Assembly (NCBI GenBank): GCA_963796455.1
Contig: CAWCLO010000004.1
Location: 992,001 to 1,056,000, forward strand
Source: Candidatus Sulfomarinibacteraceae bacterium
Lineage (GTDB): Bacteria; Acidobacteriota; Thermoanaerobaculia; Thermoanaerobaculales; Sulfomarinibacteraceae
DNA length: 64,000 nt
Direction of reading: 5' to 3'
Shown here: one piece after another, positions 38,691-49,464 of the stretch
Numbering within the stretch: the stretch's first letter is position 1
Layout of the letters: the number at the start of each line of letters is the position of its first letter
Position numbers and translations under genes: made by a program
Notes under the pieces: model-generated
The model's database searches: none
Told to the model about the DNA's origin: nothing
Seen by the model: only the letters and a program-made list of their open reading frames with translations

Positions 38691-38719
38691 TTGACCTCCC
38701 CAGACAGCACGGCTAGGAT
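38691..38719 (+). promoter_or_regulatory. Putative sigma70 promoter of the nuo operon
   Basis: TTGACC-17 nt-TAGGAT. Confidence 0.6.
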
Positions 38720-38755
38720 GCGCACAGCAATAGAGAGTCAATTTAGGGGATTGTC

Positions 38756-39169
38756 ATGGCCCTTCAATTTCTGCCGGTGCTGATCACGCTCGCCGCCGCG
38801 ATTGCATTCGCTGTGGTGCTCATCGGTGCGGCGAAACTCTTCGGTCAGCGAACTCGCCACCACGCACCGGCAAAAAACGAGAGCTACGAAACCGGTATGC
38901 CGATCCTCGATTCCGCATTCAAACGAATATCCGTCCGCTTCTATCTCGTTGCTCTGGTTTTCGTCGTGCTCGACGTTGAGGTCGCATTTCTCTACCCATG
39001 GGCCATCAACTATCGTGATCTCGTCAGCAACGGATCGATGGCGGTCTACTGGGAGATGGTCGCTTTTCTGGCCCTTCTCGCACTCGCCTACGCCTATCTC
39101 TGGCGCAAGGGGATCTTCGATTGGGGCCGCCGAAGACTGCCGCAGGTCGACGAGCGCCAGAACCCATGA
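38756..39169 (+). CDS. nuoA: NADH-quinone oxidoreductase subunit A
   Basis: Motifs KNESYETG, RFYLVALVFVVLDVEVAFLYPW and KGIFDW. Confidence 0.93.
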   Translation: MALQFLPVLITLAAAIAFAVVLIGAAKLFGQRTRHHAPAKNESYETGMPILDSAFKRISVRFYLVALVFVVLDVEVAFLYPWAINYRDLVSNGSMAVYWEMVAFLALLALAYAYLWRKGIFDWGRRRLPQVDERQNP

Positions 39170-39696
39170 CCCGTCTCGCCACCCGTCCGATTGCTGTCGC
39201 CTCGTCCGAAGAGGTTTGCAATGTCCGTTTTGGCGACTCGATGGATCGTCAGATCGACGAGATCCTCGACCGCTATCCAACCAAGGGCGCCGCGCTGCTC
39301 CCGGTGCTCTGGCTTTGTCAGGAGCGGTGGGGCTGGATCTCGCCGGGCATGATGGAGGCGGTTGCCAAGCGTCTCGACCTGGCGCCCGCTTTTGTCGAAG
39401 GCGTTGCGAGTTTCTACACCATGTACCATCTCCGGCCTCCCGGTCGGCATGTGCTCCAGGTCTGCACAACTCTGTCCTGCCAACTCTGCGGCGCGGCATC
39501 ATTGGTTGATCACCTGAAAGAAAAACTCGCGATCGATTTCGGCGAAACCACCCCGGATGGCGCCTTCACCCTGGTCGACGTCCAGTGCCTCGGCGCGTGC
39601 GGAGAAGCACCGGTCATACAGATCAACGACGATTACTACACGGACTTGAATCGGGAGCGTCTGAACGAGATCCTCGACGAGTTGGCAGCCTCGTGA
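39166..39696 (+). CDS. nuoE: NADH-quinone oxidoreductase subunit E
   Basis: Motifs VASFYTMY, CTTLSC and CLGACGEAP. ATGA overlap with nuoA. Confidence 0.93.
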   Translation: MTRLATRPIAVASSEEVCNVRFGDSMDRQIDEILDRYPTKGAALLPVLWLCQERWGWISPGMMEAVAKRLDLAPAFVEGVASFYTMYHLRPPGRHVLQVCTTLSCQLCGAASLVDHLKEKLAIDFGETTPDGAFTLVDVQCLGACGEAPVIQINDDYYTDLNRERLNEILDELAAS

Positions 39697-41018
39697 GCGA
39701 AGAACTGCTCCTCCGGGCGAAAAGCGTCAAGAATTCTCGCGACCTCTCGACATATCTCGATCGAGGCGGTTATCGAGCTCTCAAAAAATGCCTCTCGATG
39801 GATCCCTCGCAAGTGATCGAAGAGGTCAAGAAATCGGGGGTTCGGGGCCGCGGCGGCGCGGGCTTTCCGGCCGGTGTCAAATGGGGATTCGTTCCCAAGG
39901 ACTCGGCGAAGCCGAAGTACATGATCTGCAACGCCGACGAATCGGAACCGGGGACGTTCAAGGATCGCGAGTTGATCTTGATCGATCCTCACCTCGTCCT
40001 CGAAGGCATCGCCATCGCCTCCTACGCGATCGGCGCCAACGTTTCCTACATCTACATCCGCGGCGAATTTGTCCGCGAGGCCGAGATTCTCGAGAATGCA
40101 ATCAAAGAGGCGCGCGACAAGAAGCACATCGGCCAGAACATCGGTTCTTCGGGATACGACCTCCAGATATACGTTCACCGTGGCGCCGGAGCTTACATCT
40201 GTGGTGAAGAGACCGCTCTCATTGAGTCGCTTGAAGGGAAACGGGGCCTCCCTCGGCTGAAACCCCCTTTCCCGGCGGTGGTCGGGCTCTTCGGCTGCCC
40301 GACAGTGGTCAATAACGTGGAGACTCTTGCGTGCGTGCCGCATATCATGAATCAGGGCGGCGATTGGTTCGCACGCATCGGGACCGAACGCAGCACCGGG
40401 ACAAAACTCTTCTCCGTCTCGGGTCACGTCGAACGCCCCGGGGTCTACGAGGCTCCCATGGGGACCTCATTCCGCACGATCTTCGAAGATCTCTGCGGCG
40501 GCATTCGTGGTGGAAAGAAGCTCAAGGCATTCATTCCGGGTGGGTCCTCAGCGCCGATCCTGCCGGCCGAAAAAATCGACACCAAAGCCGATTTCGAATC
40601 GGTCGCGGAGGCCGGGTCGATGCTGGGCTCAGGCGGCGTCATTGTCATGGACGAGACCGTCGACATGGTGTGGGCGCTCGAAAACCTGCTTGTCTTCTAC
40701 GCCCATGAGTCCTGCGGCCAGTGCACTCCCTGTCGCGAGGGATCCGATTGGGCGGTGGACATCGTTCGTCGGATTCGCTGCGGAAACGGCAGACCGGAGG
40801 ATCTCGAAACCCTGCACCGGATCTCCAGATTTGCCAGCCAGGGCATGACGATCTGTCCCCTTGGCGATGCATTTTGCGGACCGATCTCGAGCTTTCTCGA
40901 ACACTTCGGAACTGAGTTCACAGCCGCTATCGAAAGTGCGACGCCCCTTCCCCCACCCAGCCGGCCGATCCTTCCGGTCACTGTCGACCGCGGTCTATTC
41001 GGGATGGACGACGGATGA
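39693..41018 (+). CDS. nuoF: NADH-quinone oxidoreductase subunit F
   Basis: Motifs RGRGGAGFP, NADESEPGTFKDR, GAGAYICGEETAL and ESCGQCTPCREG. Confidence 0.96.
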   Translation: MSEELLLRAKSVKNSRDLSTYLDRGGYRALKKCLSMDPSQVIEEVKKSGVRGRGGAGFPAGVKWGFVPKDSAKPKYMICNADESEPGTFKDRELILIDPHLVLEGIAIASYAIGANVSYIYIRGEFVREAEILENAIKEARDKKHIGQNIGSSGYDLQIYVHRGAGAYICGEETALIESLEGKRGLPRLKPPFPAVVGLFGCPTVVNNVETLACVPHIMNQGGDWFARIGTERSTGTKLFSVSGHVERPGVYEAPMGTSFRTIFEDLCGGIRGGKKLKAFIPGGSSAPILPAEKIDTKADFESVAEAGSMLGSGGVIVMDETVDMVWALENLLVFYAHESCGQCTPCREGSDWAVDIVRRIRCGNGRPEDLETLHRISRFASQGMTICPLGDAFCGPISSFLEHFGTEFTAAIESATPLPPPSRPILPVTVDRGLFGMDDG

Positions 41019-42604
41019 TCGCGCTTTCAATCGACGGCCGGCCGGTGGAGGTTGCCGAGGGCACCAACCTGGTCGAGGCAGCAAAGGCCGCCGGCGTCGA
41101 GATACCGACCTATTGTTATCACCCGGGTCTGACGGTTGTCGGCCAGTGCCGGATCTGTTTTGTCGAGATCGAGGGCCTGCCGCGCCTGGTCACCGCCTGT
41201 TCGACCCCCGCCCAGAACGAGATGGTGGTTCTGACTGAGTCCGAGCGGGTCCGCGAAGCGCGCGCGGCGGTCATGGAGTTTCTGCTCGAAAACCACCCGC
41301 TCGACTGTCCGGTCTGCGACCAGGCAGGCGAATGCGGGCTGCAGGACTATTCGGTCGAACACGGACTCGACTCCACGCACATGATCGACGAACGCCGCCG
41401 CTACGCGGGCTTCGAACGTCGCCAGATCGGACCACACGTCGTTCAGAATCAGAACCGCTGCATCCATTGCACACGGTGTGTGAGATTTACCGAAGAAATA
41501 TCAGAAACCGCCGATCTGACAATGAAGTCGCGGGGCAACCATTCCTTCATCGACACCTTTGACGGCCGCCCGCTCGACAATCCATGGTCTGCGTGCGTCG
41601 CTGACGTGTGTCCTGTGGGTGCCCTGACCGTCACCGATTTCCGTTTCCGGGCTCGGGTCTGGCATCTGCAGGAAGCGCCATCGGTTTGCCCCGGTTGCAG
41701 TATCGGATGCAACACCCACCTGGGCCACCTCGACGGCGTCATTCACCGTTTCGTGCCTCGCCACAACCCCGAGATCAACGGTTGGTGGATGTGCGATTAC
41801 GGCCGGTTCCTTGCCGACGGTTTCAACAACCGAGACATCGATGTTCCGCTCCGTCGGTCTGATGAGGGTCTGCACGCAGTTTCGTGGAACCGTGCGCTCG
41901 AGATCCTGGCGGGACTGCTCCGGGTGGCAGCGCGGCCGTTGGTCATTGCATCCGCAAATATGAGCAACGAGGCGCTTTTTTCGATCAAACGAAACCTGAT
42001 CGAGCAGGAGGCCCTCGATGTCGTAGTGCCGGTCCACAGCGGTGAATCGCGTTCGATCAAGAACGCTGAGGGTCGGTGGCTGACAAGCACCGATGCCCAC
42101 CCCAACAGTACCGGCGCGCGAAGCCTGGGGTTGAATCTGATCGACGCCGCAAATCTCGAATCCTATCTCCGCGACGGCGACGGTCCGGTTTTGGTTCTCG
42201 ACGCCCACGCCCATCCCTGGTTGGTGTCATCCGCGGCCGCGGAGGCGGTCGCTGATCGCCCCACCGCTGTTTTCGCCCGTTCGAGCACCCCGCTCGTCGA
42301 ACAGGCCGCCCTGGTGTTGCCGCTTTCATCGTGGGCCGAGACCGAAGGAAGCTACACCTCGTCGACCGGGGTCGTCCAGCACGTTCAACGAACGCTTCGA
42401 CCGAAAGGACAGGCGCGCCCTGGGTGGGAGATTCTGTATCGCCTCGCGGTGTCGCTCGGCCACGACCAGGAGCGCATCATGTCGCCACGGATCCTGTTTG
42501 CCGAGATGGCTGCCGAAAGCCATGCCTTTTCGGGTATGAGCTATGGCGAGCTGGCAAGCGGTCATTGCCTCCGGCTGCGAGAGGAGGCCCGCGATGTGGG
42601 ATGA
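41015..42604 (+). CDS. nuoG: NADH-quinone oxidoreductase subunit G (short form)
   Basis: Motifs CYHPG..CRIC, HPLDCPVCDQAGEC, CIHCTRC, CPVG and the N7-type CPGCSIGC..MCD. Confidence 0.92.
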   Translation: MIALSIDGRPVEVAEGTNLVEAAKAAGVEIPTYCYHPGLTVVGQCRICFVEIEGLPRLVTACSTPAQNEMVVLTESERVREARAAVMEFLLENHPLDCPVCDQAGECGLQDYSVEHGLDSTHMIDERRRYAGFERRQIGPHVVQNQNRCIHCTRCVRFTEEISETADLTMKSRGNHSFIDTFDGRPLDNPWSACVADVCPVGALTVTDFRFRARVWHLQEAPSVCPGCSIGCNTHLGHLDGVIHRFVPRHNPEINGWWMCDYGRFLADGFNNRDIDVPLRRSDEGLHAVSWNRALEILAGLLRVAARPLVIASANMSNEALFSIKRNLIEQEALDVVVPVHSGESRSIKNAEGRWLTSTDAHPNSTGARSLGLNLIDAANLESYLRDGDGPVLVLDAHAHPWLVSSAAAEAVADRPTAVFARSSTPLVEQAALVLPLSSWAETEGSYTSSTGVVQHVQRTLRPKGQARPGWEILYRLAVSLGHDQERIMSPRILFAEMAAESHAFSGMSYGELASGHCLRLREEARDVG

Positions 42605-43646
42605 CCTCCTCGTTACATGCATCAAACTCGCTTTTGGTTTTGCGGTTCTGCTGACCACGGTGCCGATCATGGTGTGGGTGGAACGCAGGGGCTCGGCACT
42701 GATCCAGGACCGCCTCGGTCCCAACCGGGTCGGGCCATTCGGCCTGTTGCAGCCGGTGGTCGATGTGGTCAAGCTCCTGACCAAGGAAAACATCTCACCG
42801 GCCGGTGTTCAAGGGGTCTTCTATGTTCTGGCGCCGATCATTGCGGTGGTCATCGCGCTCAGTACATTTATCGCCGTGCCCTTTGGCAACGACTCGGGTC
42901 TCGAGCTTTTTGGATACGAGGTCGATGGGTTCATCGTCGCCCCGGACCTCAATGTGGGGATCCTCTACATCTTTGCCATCGCCTCCCTCGGCGTCTACTC
43001 CCTGGTCCTCGCCGGGTGGTCCTCGGACAACAAATACGCCCTCTATGGTGGCATCCGCGCCTCTGCACAGGCCATTTCCTACGAACTTGCAATGACGATC
43101 GCGGTCGTCGGCGTGTTGATGACCGCCGGTTCACTTCACCTCCACCAGATCGTAGATTCTCAGACCGGAACCTGGCTGGGCATCCTGCCGAGGTGGAACC
43201 TCTTCACGCAGTTCCTCGGAGCGATCACCTTTATCGTGGCGGTCTTTGCCGAGACCAACCGTCTGCCATTCGACCTGCCGGAGGCGGAGGCGGAACTCGT
43301 CGCCGGCTACCACACGGAGTACTCTTCGATCCGCTTTGCAGCTTTCTATATGAGCGAGTACATCCACATGACCGTCGCCGCCGCGCTGATCACGATCCTC
43401 TTCCTCGGCGGTTGGAACCTTCCGTGGATCGATCTCTCCTTCGCGGGCTGGACCGGGGCATTGCTTTCGATGACCGTTTTCGCCGCCAAGGTCGCATTCC
43501 TGTTGTGGTTCTTCGTCTGGGTGCGCTGGACCCTCCCCCGCTTCAGATACGATCAACTCATGGCTCTTGGTTGGAAGGTCATGATCCCGCTGGCGATCAT
43601 GAATTTTTTGTGGGTCGGGGCCGCCATGGGCCTCGGATACCTCTAG
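42594..43646 (+). CDS. nuoH: NADH-quinone oxidoreductase subunit H
   Basis: Motifs [38 protein letters not shown] and PRFRYDQLM. Confidence 0.96.
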   Translation: MWDDLLVTCIKLAFGFAVLLTTVPIMVWVERRGSALIQDRLGPNRVGPFGLLQPVVDVVKLLTKENISPAGVQGVFYVLAPIIAVVIALSTFIAVPFGNDSGLELFGYEVDGFIVAPDLNVGILYIFAIASLGVYSLVLAGWSSDNKYALYGGIRASAQAISYELAMTIAVVGVLMTAGSLHLHQIVDSQTGTWLGILPRWNLFTQFLGAITFIVAVFAETNRLPFDLPEAEAELVAGYHTEYSSIRFAAFYMSEYIHMTVAAALITILFLGGWNLPWIDLSFAGWTGALLSMTVFAAKVAFLLWFFVWVRWTLPRFRYDQLMALGWKVMIPLAIMNFLWVGAAMGLGYL

Positions 43647-43655
43647 GGAGCACCG

Positions 43656-44159
43656 GTGGTCACCTACGCATTTCTCGCTGCAGCGGCCATCGCGGTCATT
43701 TTCGCCCTCCTGGCGGTGGTGCCGCGGAATCCGATGGTCAATGTGCTCTCCCTGGTCGTGATGTTTTTTGCCATGGCCGCGGTTTTTGCCATCCTGGGCA
43801 TGGATTTTCTGGCCGCCATCCAGGTCATCGTCTATTCCGGGGCGATCCTCGTTCTCTTCCTCTTCGTCGTGATGTTGCTCAATATCCGCAAAGTCGAGGC
43901 CTTTGGCAGCGGGCGAAAGATGCAGGCTCTGCTCGGGTCGCTCGTCGCGGCCGCGGTCGGCGCCATGGTCCTGGTGGTCGCCGGTCTGCTGATTCCCGAA
44001 CAGGGTTCGGTGCTCCCCGGCGCACTCGAACACGGCACCGCCATGCCGATCGGCCGGGCGCTGCTCAGCACCCATCTCCTGGCGTTCGAGTTCATCACCC
44101 TCCTCCTGGTCGCGGCCATCGTGGGTGCGGTGTACCTCGGGAAGAGAGAACTTCGATGA
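43656..44159 (+). CDS. nuoJ: NADH-quinone oxidoreductase subunit J
   Basis: Motifs [20 protein letters not shown] and [15 protein letters not shown]. Confidence 0.92.
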   Translation: MVTYAFLAAAAIAVIFALLAVVPRNPMVNVLSLVVMFFAMAAVFAILGMDFLAAIQVIVYSGAILVLFLFVVMLLNIRKVEAFGSGRKMQALLGSLVAAAVGAMVLVVAGLLIPEQGSVLPGALEHGTAMPIGRALLSTHLLAFEFITLLLVAAIVGAVYLGKRELR

Positions 44160-44503
44160 TCCCGGCAGAGATGGTTCCGGTTCCCTACACCTGGGTGCTC
44201 GCCCTGTCGGCCGTGCTCTTTGCCATCGGCACAATGGGGGTGCTCCTCAGACGCAACGGCATTGCCATCTTCTTGTCCCTGGAGATCATGCTCAATTCCG
44301 CCAATCTCGCTTTCGCCGCCTTTGCATTTCGAATGGCGTCGGCTCACTCGACCGCAGCCGCGGCAATCGACGGACAGATCTTCATCTTCTTCGTCATCGC
44401 TGTCGCAGCCGCCGAGGCGGCGGTCGGGCTCGCTTTATTTATTGCCGTCCACCGGCTCAAGGATTCCATCGATGTCGATCGCATCAACATACTGCGCTGG
44501 TAG
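44156..44503 (+). CDS. nuoK: NADH-quinone oxidoreductase subunit K
   Basis: 3' end of track ORF 42617..44503: [16 protein letters not shown] and [12 protein letters not shown]. Confidence 0.92.
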   Translation: MIPAEMVPVPYTWVLALSAVLFAIGTMGVLLRRNGIAIFLSLEIMLNSANLAFAAFAFRMASAHSTAAAAIDGQIFIFFVIAVAAAEAAVGLALFIAVHRLKDSIDVDRINILRW

Positions 44504-44509
44504 GGAATC

Positions 44510-46495
44510 GTGATTCTCGGTTCCCTGTGGTTGATTCCGGCTTGTTGCCTGGCCGGCGCGATCCTCAACCTTGTATTTGGTGCGCTCAAGGCGCCCAAGG
44601 GGCTGGTCACGCTTGTCGGCGTCGGCTCGGTCGGGGGTTCGACGATACTCGCTTATGGGGCGCTCTGGGAGTATCTCAATCACACTGAAGTGATCATTAT
44701 CGAGCGCTATTTCACCTGGATTTCGGCAGGATCGATCACCGTCAATGCGTCCTTTCTCCTCGATCCCCTGTCGGCGGTGATGCTGGCCTTTGTCACCCTG
44801 GTAGGTTTTCTGATCCATATCTACTCGGTCGGCTACATGCACGACGAGTCGGATCCGGGTTATGCGCGTTATTTCGCCTATCTCAATCTCTTCATGTTTT
44901 CGATGCTGGTCCTCATCCTCGGATCCAACCTCCCGGTCCTTTTTGTTGGCTGGGAGGGTGTCGGCCTGTGCTCCTACCTCCTGATCGGTTTCTACTACCA
45001 AAAAGAGTGGTGCGCCTCCGCCGGCAAAAAGGCCTTCATCGTCAACCGGATCGGCGACCTCGGCTTTCTGCTGGCGATCTTCGCGGTTCTCGCGATCTTC
45101 GGCAGTACGGAATTCATGCACTTCCTTCCCGAAGCCGCCGCCCACCCGGGCAGTCATACCGCCGCCATCACCCTGATCGCGCTTTTGCTCTTTGTCGGCG
45201 CGATCGGCAAATCGGCTCAGATCCCGCTCTATGTGTGGCTGCCGGATGCGATGGCTGGGCCGACACCGGTCTCAGCTCTCATTCACGCCGCAACCATGGT
45301 CACCGCCGGGGTCTACATGGTCGTGCGATGTAACGTCATCTATCGCCTCAGCCCGACGGCAATGTTGGTGGTCGCCGTTGTCGGCGGCGCGACAGCACTC
45401 TTTGCCGCCACCATCGGTCTGGTCCAGAACGACATCAAAAAGGTCCTCGCCTATTCGACCGTGTCCCAGCTCGGCTATATGTTCCTCGCCGCCGGCGTCG
45501 GCGCCTGGGTCGCGGCCATATTTCACGTCCTGACCCACGCCTTCTTCAAGGCTTGTCTCTTCCTCGGGTCGGGCTCGGTGATCCACGCGTGTTCGGGCGA
45601 ACAGGACATACGGCAGATGGGTGGTCTTCGGAAATACATGCCGACCACCTACTGGACCTTTCTGACCGCCACCCTGGCGATCTCCGGGATCCCGATCTTC
45701 GCCGGGTTTTTCTCCAAGGACGAGATTCTGGCCAAGGCCTTCGAAGCCGGTGCCTCAGACCTCAACCATCTCGGCAATATCTACTATGCCCTGTGGGGCC
45801 TGGCGATGGTTGCCGCGCTGTTGACAGCCTTCTACATGTTTCGCCTCGTCTTCGTGACCTTCCACGGGACCTACCGCGGAGGCGAAGACGCCGAACACCA
45901 TCTCCACGAATCGCCGCGGTCCATGACCGTTCCGCTGATTGTTTTGGCGGTGTTTTCGACCATCGGGGGCCTGGTCGGTTTTCCGGGCAAGCTCTTCGGG
46001 CACTCTGAGTGGAACCTCATCGAGAGCTTTTTGCAGCCCATATTGCTGCCGATCGGGGTCGCAATCGAGCATTCCGGTGATCCTGCGGGTCATCACGCCG
46101 TCAGCATCGGTCTCGAGTGGGGGCTGGTCCTGTGCTCGGTGCTGGTTGCGGTGATGGGAATATGGATTGCCGCCCGCTTCTACCTCGGCGACCGGTCCTT
46201 CGAACGATCCCGTCGTCTGGCTGAGGCCCTGCCCATGGCCCACAAACTTCTCTTTAACAAATACTGGATCGATGAGATCTACGCCGTGCTCCTCATTCGC
46301 CCGATCCACGTCTTTGCGGTCCTTTGTTGGAAAGTGATCGACGAACTCGTGATCGACACGATTTTTGTCAACGGCGCGGCCTTTACGGTCGAACTCACCG
46401 GAGATTTGATGCGATTTACCACCACGGGGAACGTGCGCAACTATGCGCTGTCGGTAGCCCTGGCGGTCGCCGTCCTGGCCGCGTGGTTGTGGTGA
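44510..46495 (+). CDS. nuoL: NADH-quinone oxidoreductase subunit L
   Basis: Motifs GWEGVGLCSYLLIGF, KSAQIPLYVWLPDAMAGPTPVSALIHAATMV and HAFFKA. Confidence 0.96.
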   Translation: MILGSLWLIPACCLAGAILNLVFGALKAPKGLVTLVGVGSVGGSTILAYGALWEYLNHTEVIIIERYFTWISAGSITVNASFLLDPLSAVMLAFVTLVGFLIHIYSVGYMHDESDPGYARYFAYLNLFMFSMLVLILGSNLPVLFVGWEGVGLCSYLLIGFYYQKEWCASAGKKAFIVNRIGDLGFLLAIFAVLAIFGSTEFMHFLPEAAAHPGSHTAAITLIALLLFVGAIGKSAQIPLYVWLPDAMAGPTPVSALIHAATMVTAGVYMVVRCNVIYRLSPTAMLVVAVVGGATALFAATIGLVQNDIKKVLAYSTVSQLGYMFLAAGVGAWVAAIFHVLTHAFFKACLFLGSGSVIHACSGEQDIRQMGGLRKYMPTTYWTFLTATLAISGIPIFAGFFSKDEILAKAFEAGASDLNHLGNIYYALWGLAMVAALLTAFYMFRLVFVTFHGTYRGGEDAEHHLHESPRSMTVPLIVLAVFSTIGGLVGFPGKLFGHSEWNLIESFLQPILLPIGVAIEHSGDPAGHHAVSIGLEWGLVLCSVLVAVMGIWIAARFYLGDRSFERSRRLAEALPMAHKLLFNKYWIDEIYAVLLIRPIHVFAVLCWKVIDELVIDTIFVNGAAFTVELTGDLMRFTTTGNVRNYALSVALAVAVLAAWLW

Positions 46496-46507
46496 GGGGG
46501 TGGCTCG

Positions 46508-48004
46508 ATGATCAATGACCACGCCCTGTCGATCGTTCTCCTCATCCCGACGATCTTTGCGATCGTACTGCTGCCGATCCCGATGCAGTGGAAAAAGGTC
46601 CACCGGGTCATCACACTCATCGCCTCGGTTGCCATGTTCGTTTTCTCCATCCGTCTGTGGATCAACTTCGACCCCAACGATCCCGGCTTTCAATTCGTCA
46701 ACATCTACCCCTGGATTCCTCAATTCGGCATCAATTATCACGTCGGGTTGGATGGCATTTCCCTGCTTCTGGTCATGCTGACCACGTTCCTCCTGCCGGT
46801 GGTCGTGCTGGCGGCGTGGTCCCTGAACATCCAGCACATCAAGTCGCTCCACATCACCTTTCTCCTTTTGACGACGGGAATGATCGGCACCTTTGTTTCT
46901 CTCGATCTCTTCCTTTTCTACGTCTTCTGGGAGATCACCCTGATCCCGATGTATTTCATCATCGGCGTCTGGGGAGGACCGCGCCGGGTCTACGCCGCTG
47001 TGAAATTCTTCATCTTCACGATGGTGGGTTCGGTGCTGATGCTGGTGGCGGTTCTTTATCTTGTCTGGTTCCACCACCAACAAACCGGTATCTGGACCTA
47101 CGGGTATCTCGACCTCTTGACGACTGCGCCGTTGTTGACGACCTCGGGAGGTTGGTTGGCGCCCGGGTTGCTGGTTTTTGCGGCCTTCGGACTGGCCTTT
47201 GCGATCAAGGTCCCGATCTTTCCCTTCCATACCTGGCTCCCGGACGCACACGTCGAAGCGCCCACCACCGGGTCGGTTTTTCTCGCCGGTGTCCTGCTCA
47301 AGATGGGCACTTACGGTCTGCTGCGTTTCAATCGCGCGCTCCTGCCTGATGCGTGGGAGATCTTTGTTCCGTTCATGGTCGTTTTGGCGGTTATCGGAAT
47401 TATCTATGGCGCCCTGGTCGCCATGGTGCAGCCGGATGTCAAAAAGCTGGTGGCCTATTCATCCGTAAGCCACATGGGATTTATCATCCTCGGCCTCGCC
47501 GCCGGCTCTCAGGCATCAACCCAGGGCGCGATCATTCAAATGGTGAATCACGGTCTGACGACCGGGGCCCTCTTTCTGCTGGTCGGAATGATTTACGAGC
47601 GCACCTATTCGCGTGAGATTTCGGATTTTGGCGGCATCGCAAAGCGGATGCCGATCTACACCGGGATCTTCTTGTTGGTCACCCTGGGATCCATCGGTTT
47701 GCCCGGTCTCAACGGTTTCGTCGGTGAGTTCCTGATTCTCGCGGGCTCGTGGTCCCGCTTCCCGGTTGCGGTGGCAATTGCCGGTCTCGGAATCGTCCTT
47801 GGGGCCGTCTACATGCTGTGGATGGTCCAGCGGGTCTTCTGGGGGCCCCTTGACAGCCCGGTCACCCAGAAGATGGCCGATATCACCCTCCGCGAAGTCG
47901 TGGTCATCCTTCCTCTCGTGGTCATGATCATCTGGATCGGTGTCTATCCAATCACCTTCCTCTCCCCGATGGAGGCCGCGGTGCGCCTCCTTCTGACGCG
48001 GTGA
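46508..48004 (+). CDS. nuoM: NADH-quinone oxidoreductase subunit M
   Basis: Motifs FWEITLIPMY, KVPIFPFHTWLPDAHVEAP, AYSSVSHMG and GFVGEF. Confidence 0.96.
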   Translation: MINDHALSIVLLIPTIFAIVLLPIPMQWKKVHRVITLIASVAMFVFSIRLWINFDPNDPGFQFVNIYPWIPQFGINYHVGLDGISLLLVMLTTFLLPVVVLAAWSLNIQHIKSLHITFLLLTTGMIGTFVSLDLFLFYVFWEITLIPMYFIIGVWGGPRRVYAAVKFFIFTMVGSVLMLVAVLYLVWFHHQQTGIWTYGYLDLLTTAPLLTTSGGWLAPGLLVFAAFGLAFAIKVPIFPFHTWLPDAHVEAPTTGSVFLAGVLLKMGTYGLLRFNRALLPDAWEIFVPFMVVLAVIGIIYGALVAMVQPDVKKLVAYSSVSHMGFIILGLAAGSQASTQGAIIQMVNHGLTTGALFLLVGMIYERTYSREISDFGGIAKRMPIYTGIFLLVTLGSIGLPGLNGFVGEFLILAGSWSRFPVAVAIAGLGIVLGAVYMLWMVQRVFWGPLDSPVTQKMADITLREVVVILPLVVMIIWIGVYPITFLSPMEAAVRLLLTR

Positions 48005-49461
48005 AGGGAATCATGTACACACCTACCCATGCCGATTTGGTTGCGATCGCCCCGCAGATCATCCTCGCCCTGATGGCGGGCATTCTGCTGGTCGTTGAGG
48101 CTTTTCTCCCCAGGATTCGCAGAGCCTGCGCCGAAATCGCGATTCTCGCTGTGCTCGCCGCGATCTGGGCAAGGCTTCACTTCGACTTTCCAGGCGAGGT
48201 CTGGTACGGAATGTTGCGAGTCGACCAGCTGGCCGCATTTGTTGATCTCTACATTCTCGCTGCATTGCTGCTCTCGTTGTGGATCGCGGGCCCGTTTCTA
48301 CGCCGGATCGGTGCCGATCATGGAGAGTTCTATTCCCTGATGTTGTTGGCCACGGCAGGCGCGATGGTGATGGCTTCCTCGATCCATCTCCTGCCGCTCT
48401 TCCTCGGGCTCGAGTTGCTTTCGATCCCACTCTACGTCCTCAACGCATTCCTCCGTCGTTGTGAGGTGAGCGTCGAAGCAGGGCTCAAATACTTCGTTGT
48501 CGGGTCCTTTGCCTCCGCCTTCGTGCTTTATGGTATGGCTCTTTTGTTCGGATCCGCAGCCAGCATGAACCTCGAAGAGATCGGCCGCCAGGTTGTCGCC
48601 ACGGGAAGCCTGACCCCCTTGGTAGCCGTCGGTCTGGCGATGGTCGTCGGGGGTCTGGCGTTCAAACTCGCGATCGTCCCCTGCCACGCCTGGGCGCCCG
48701 ATGTTTATCAGGGCAGTCCGACTCCGGTGACCGCATACCTCTCGGTGGTGCCGAAAGGAGCTGCGTTGGTGGTCTTGCTTCGTGTCGCCGAGAGCATGGA
48801 TCTTCTCCACCTTTCACAAAGTTGGGTGTTGGCTCTCAGCATCGCGGCGGTGGCGTCGCAGTTTATCGGCAATATCGTCGCTATCGTCCAACGCGACATC
48901 AAACGAATGTTGGCCTATTCCGGCATTGCGCACATGGGTTATGCACTGGTTGGGATCCTGGTCGCCGGCTCCGATGGCGGCGCCTCGGTATTGGTATACC
49001 TCGCCGGCTATGCCCTGATGAACATGGGCGCGTTTGCATGCATCGCCATGTTTTCCGAGCGGGAAGACAAACCCCATCTCATTTCGGATCTCCAGGGGCA
49101 GGGATATCGGCGGCCCATCGCCGCCCTCGCCCTCACGGTATGTCTCTTCTCCCTGGCCGGGGTGCCACCGTTTCTCGGGTTCACCGGAAAATTCATGGTT
49201 TTCCGGGCCGCCGTCAACCAGGGATTCGTGCTTCTGGCCGTGATTGGGATGTTGAATTCGCTGATCTCCGCGTTTTATTATCTGCGGGTGATCTACGCGA
49301 TGTATATGCAACCCCTACCGCGCCGGGAGCCATCCTTCCTGCCCTCGTTTCAGATCGCGGCAGCGGCTGCCGTCGCGGCACTGGGCGTTTTGTTGCTGGG
49401 CATCTATCCGACCCCCTTGCTCACAGTGGCTCAGACAGCGATACTGGGTCTAGTGAGGTAG
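48001..49461 (+). CDS. nuoN: NADH-quinone oxidoreductase subunit N
   Basis: Motifs EAGLKYF, FKLAIVPCHAWAPDVYQGSP, KRMLAYSGIAH and YYLRV. Confidence 0.95.
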   Translation: MKGIMYTPTHADLVAIAPQIILALMAGILLVVEAFLPRIRRACAEIAILAVLAAIWARLHFDFPGEVWYGMLRVDQLAAFVDLYILAALLLSLWIAGPFLRRIGADHGEFYSLMLLATAGAMVMASSIHLLPLFLGLELLSIPLYVLNAFLRRCEVSVEAGLKYFVVGSFASAFVLYGMALLFGSAASMNLEEIGRQVVATGSLTPLVAVGLAMVVGGLAFKLAIVPCHAWAPDVYQGSPTPVTAYLSVVPKGAALVVLLRVAESMDLLHLSQSWVLALSIAAVASQFIGNIVAIVQRDIKRMLAYSGIAHMGYALVGILVAGSDGGASVLVYLAGYALMNMGAFACIAMFSEREDKPHLISDLQGQGYRRPIAALALTVCLFSLAGVPPFLGFTGKFMVFRAAVNQGFVLLAVIGMLNSLISAFYYLRVIYAMYMQPLPRREPSFLPSFQIAAAAAVAALGVLLLGIYPTPLLTVAQTAILGLVR

Positions 49462-49464
49462 CGG

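Noticed and set aside
42617..44155. 628-aa ORF overlapping nuoH/nuoJ
   Set aside because: It is a shadow frame. Only its last 115 codons (nuoK) are credible.
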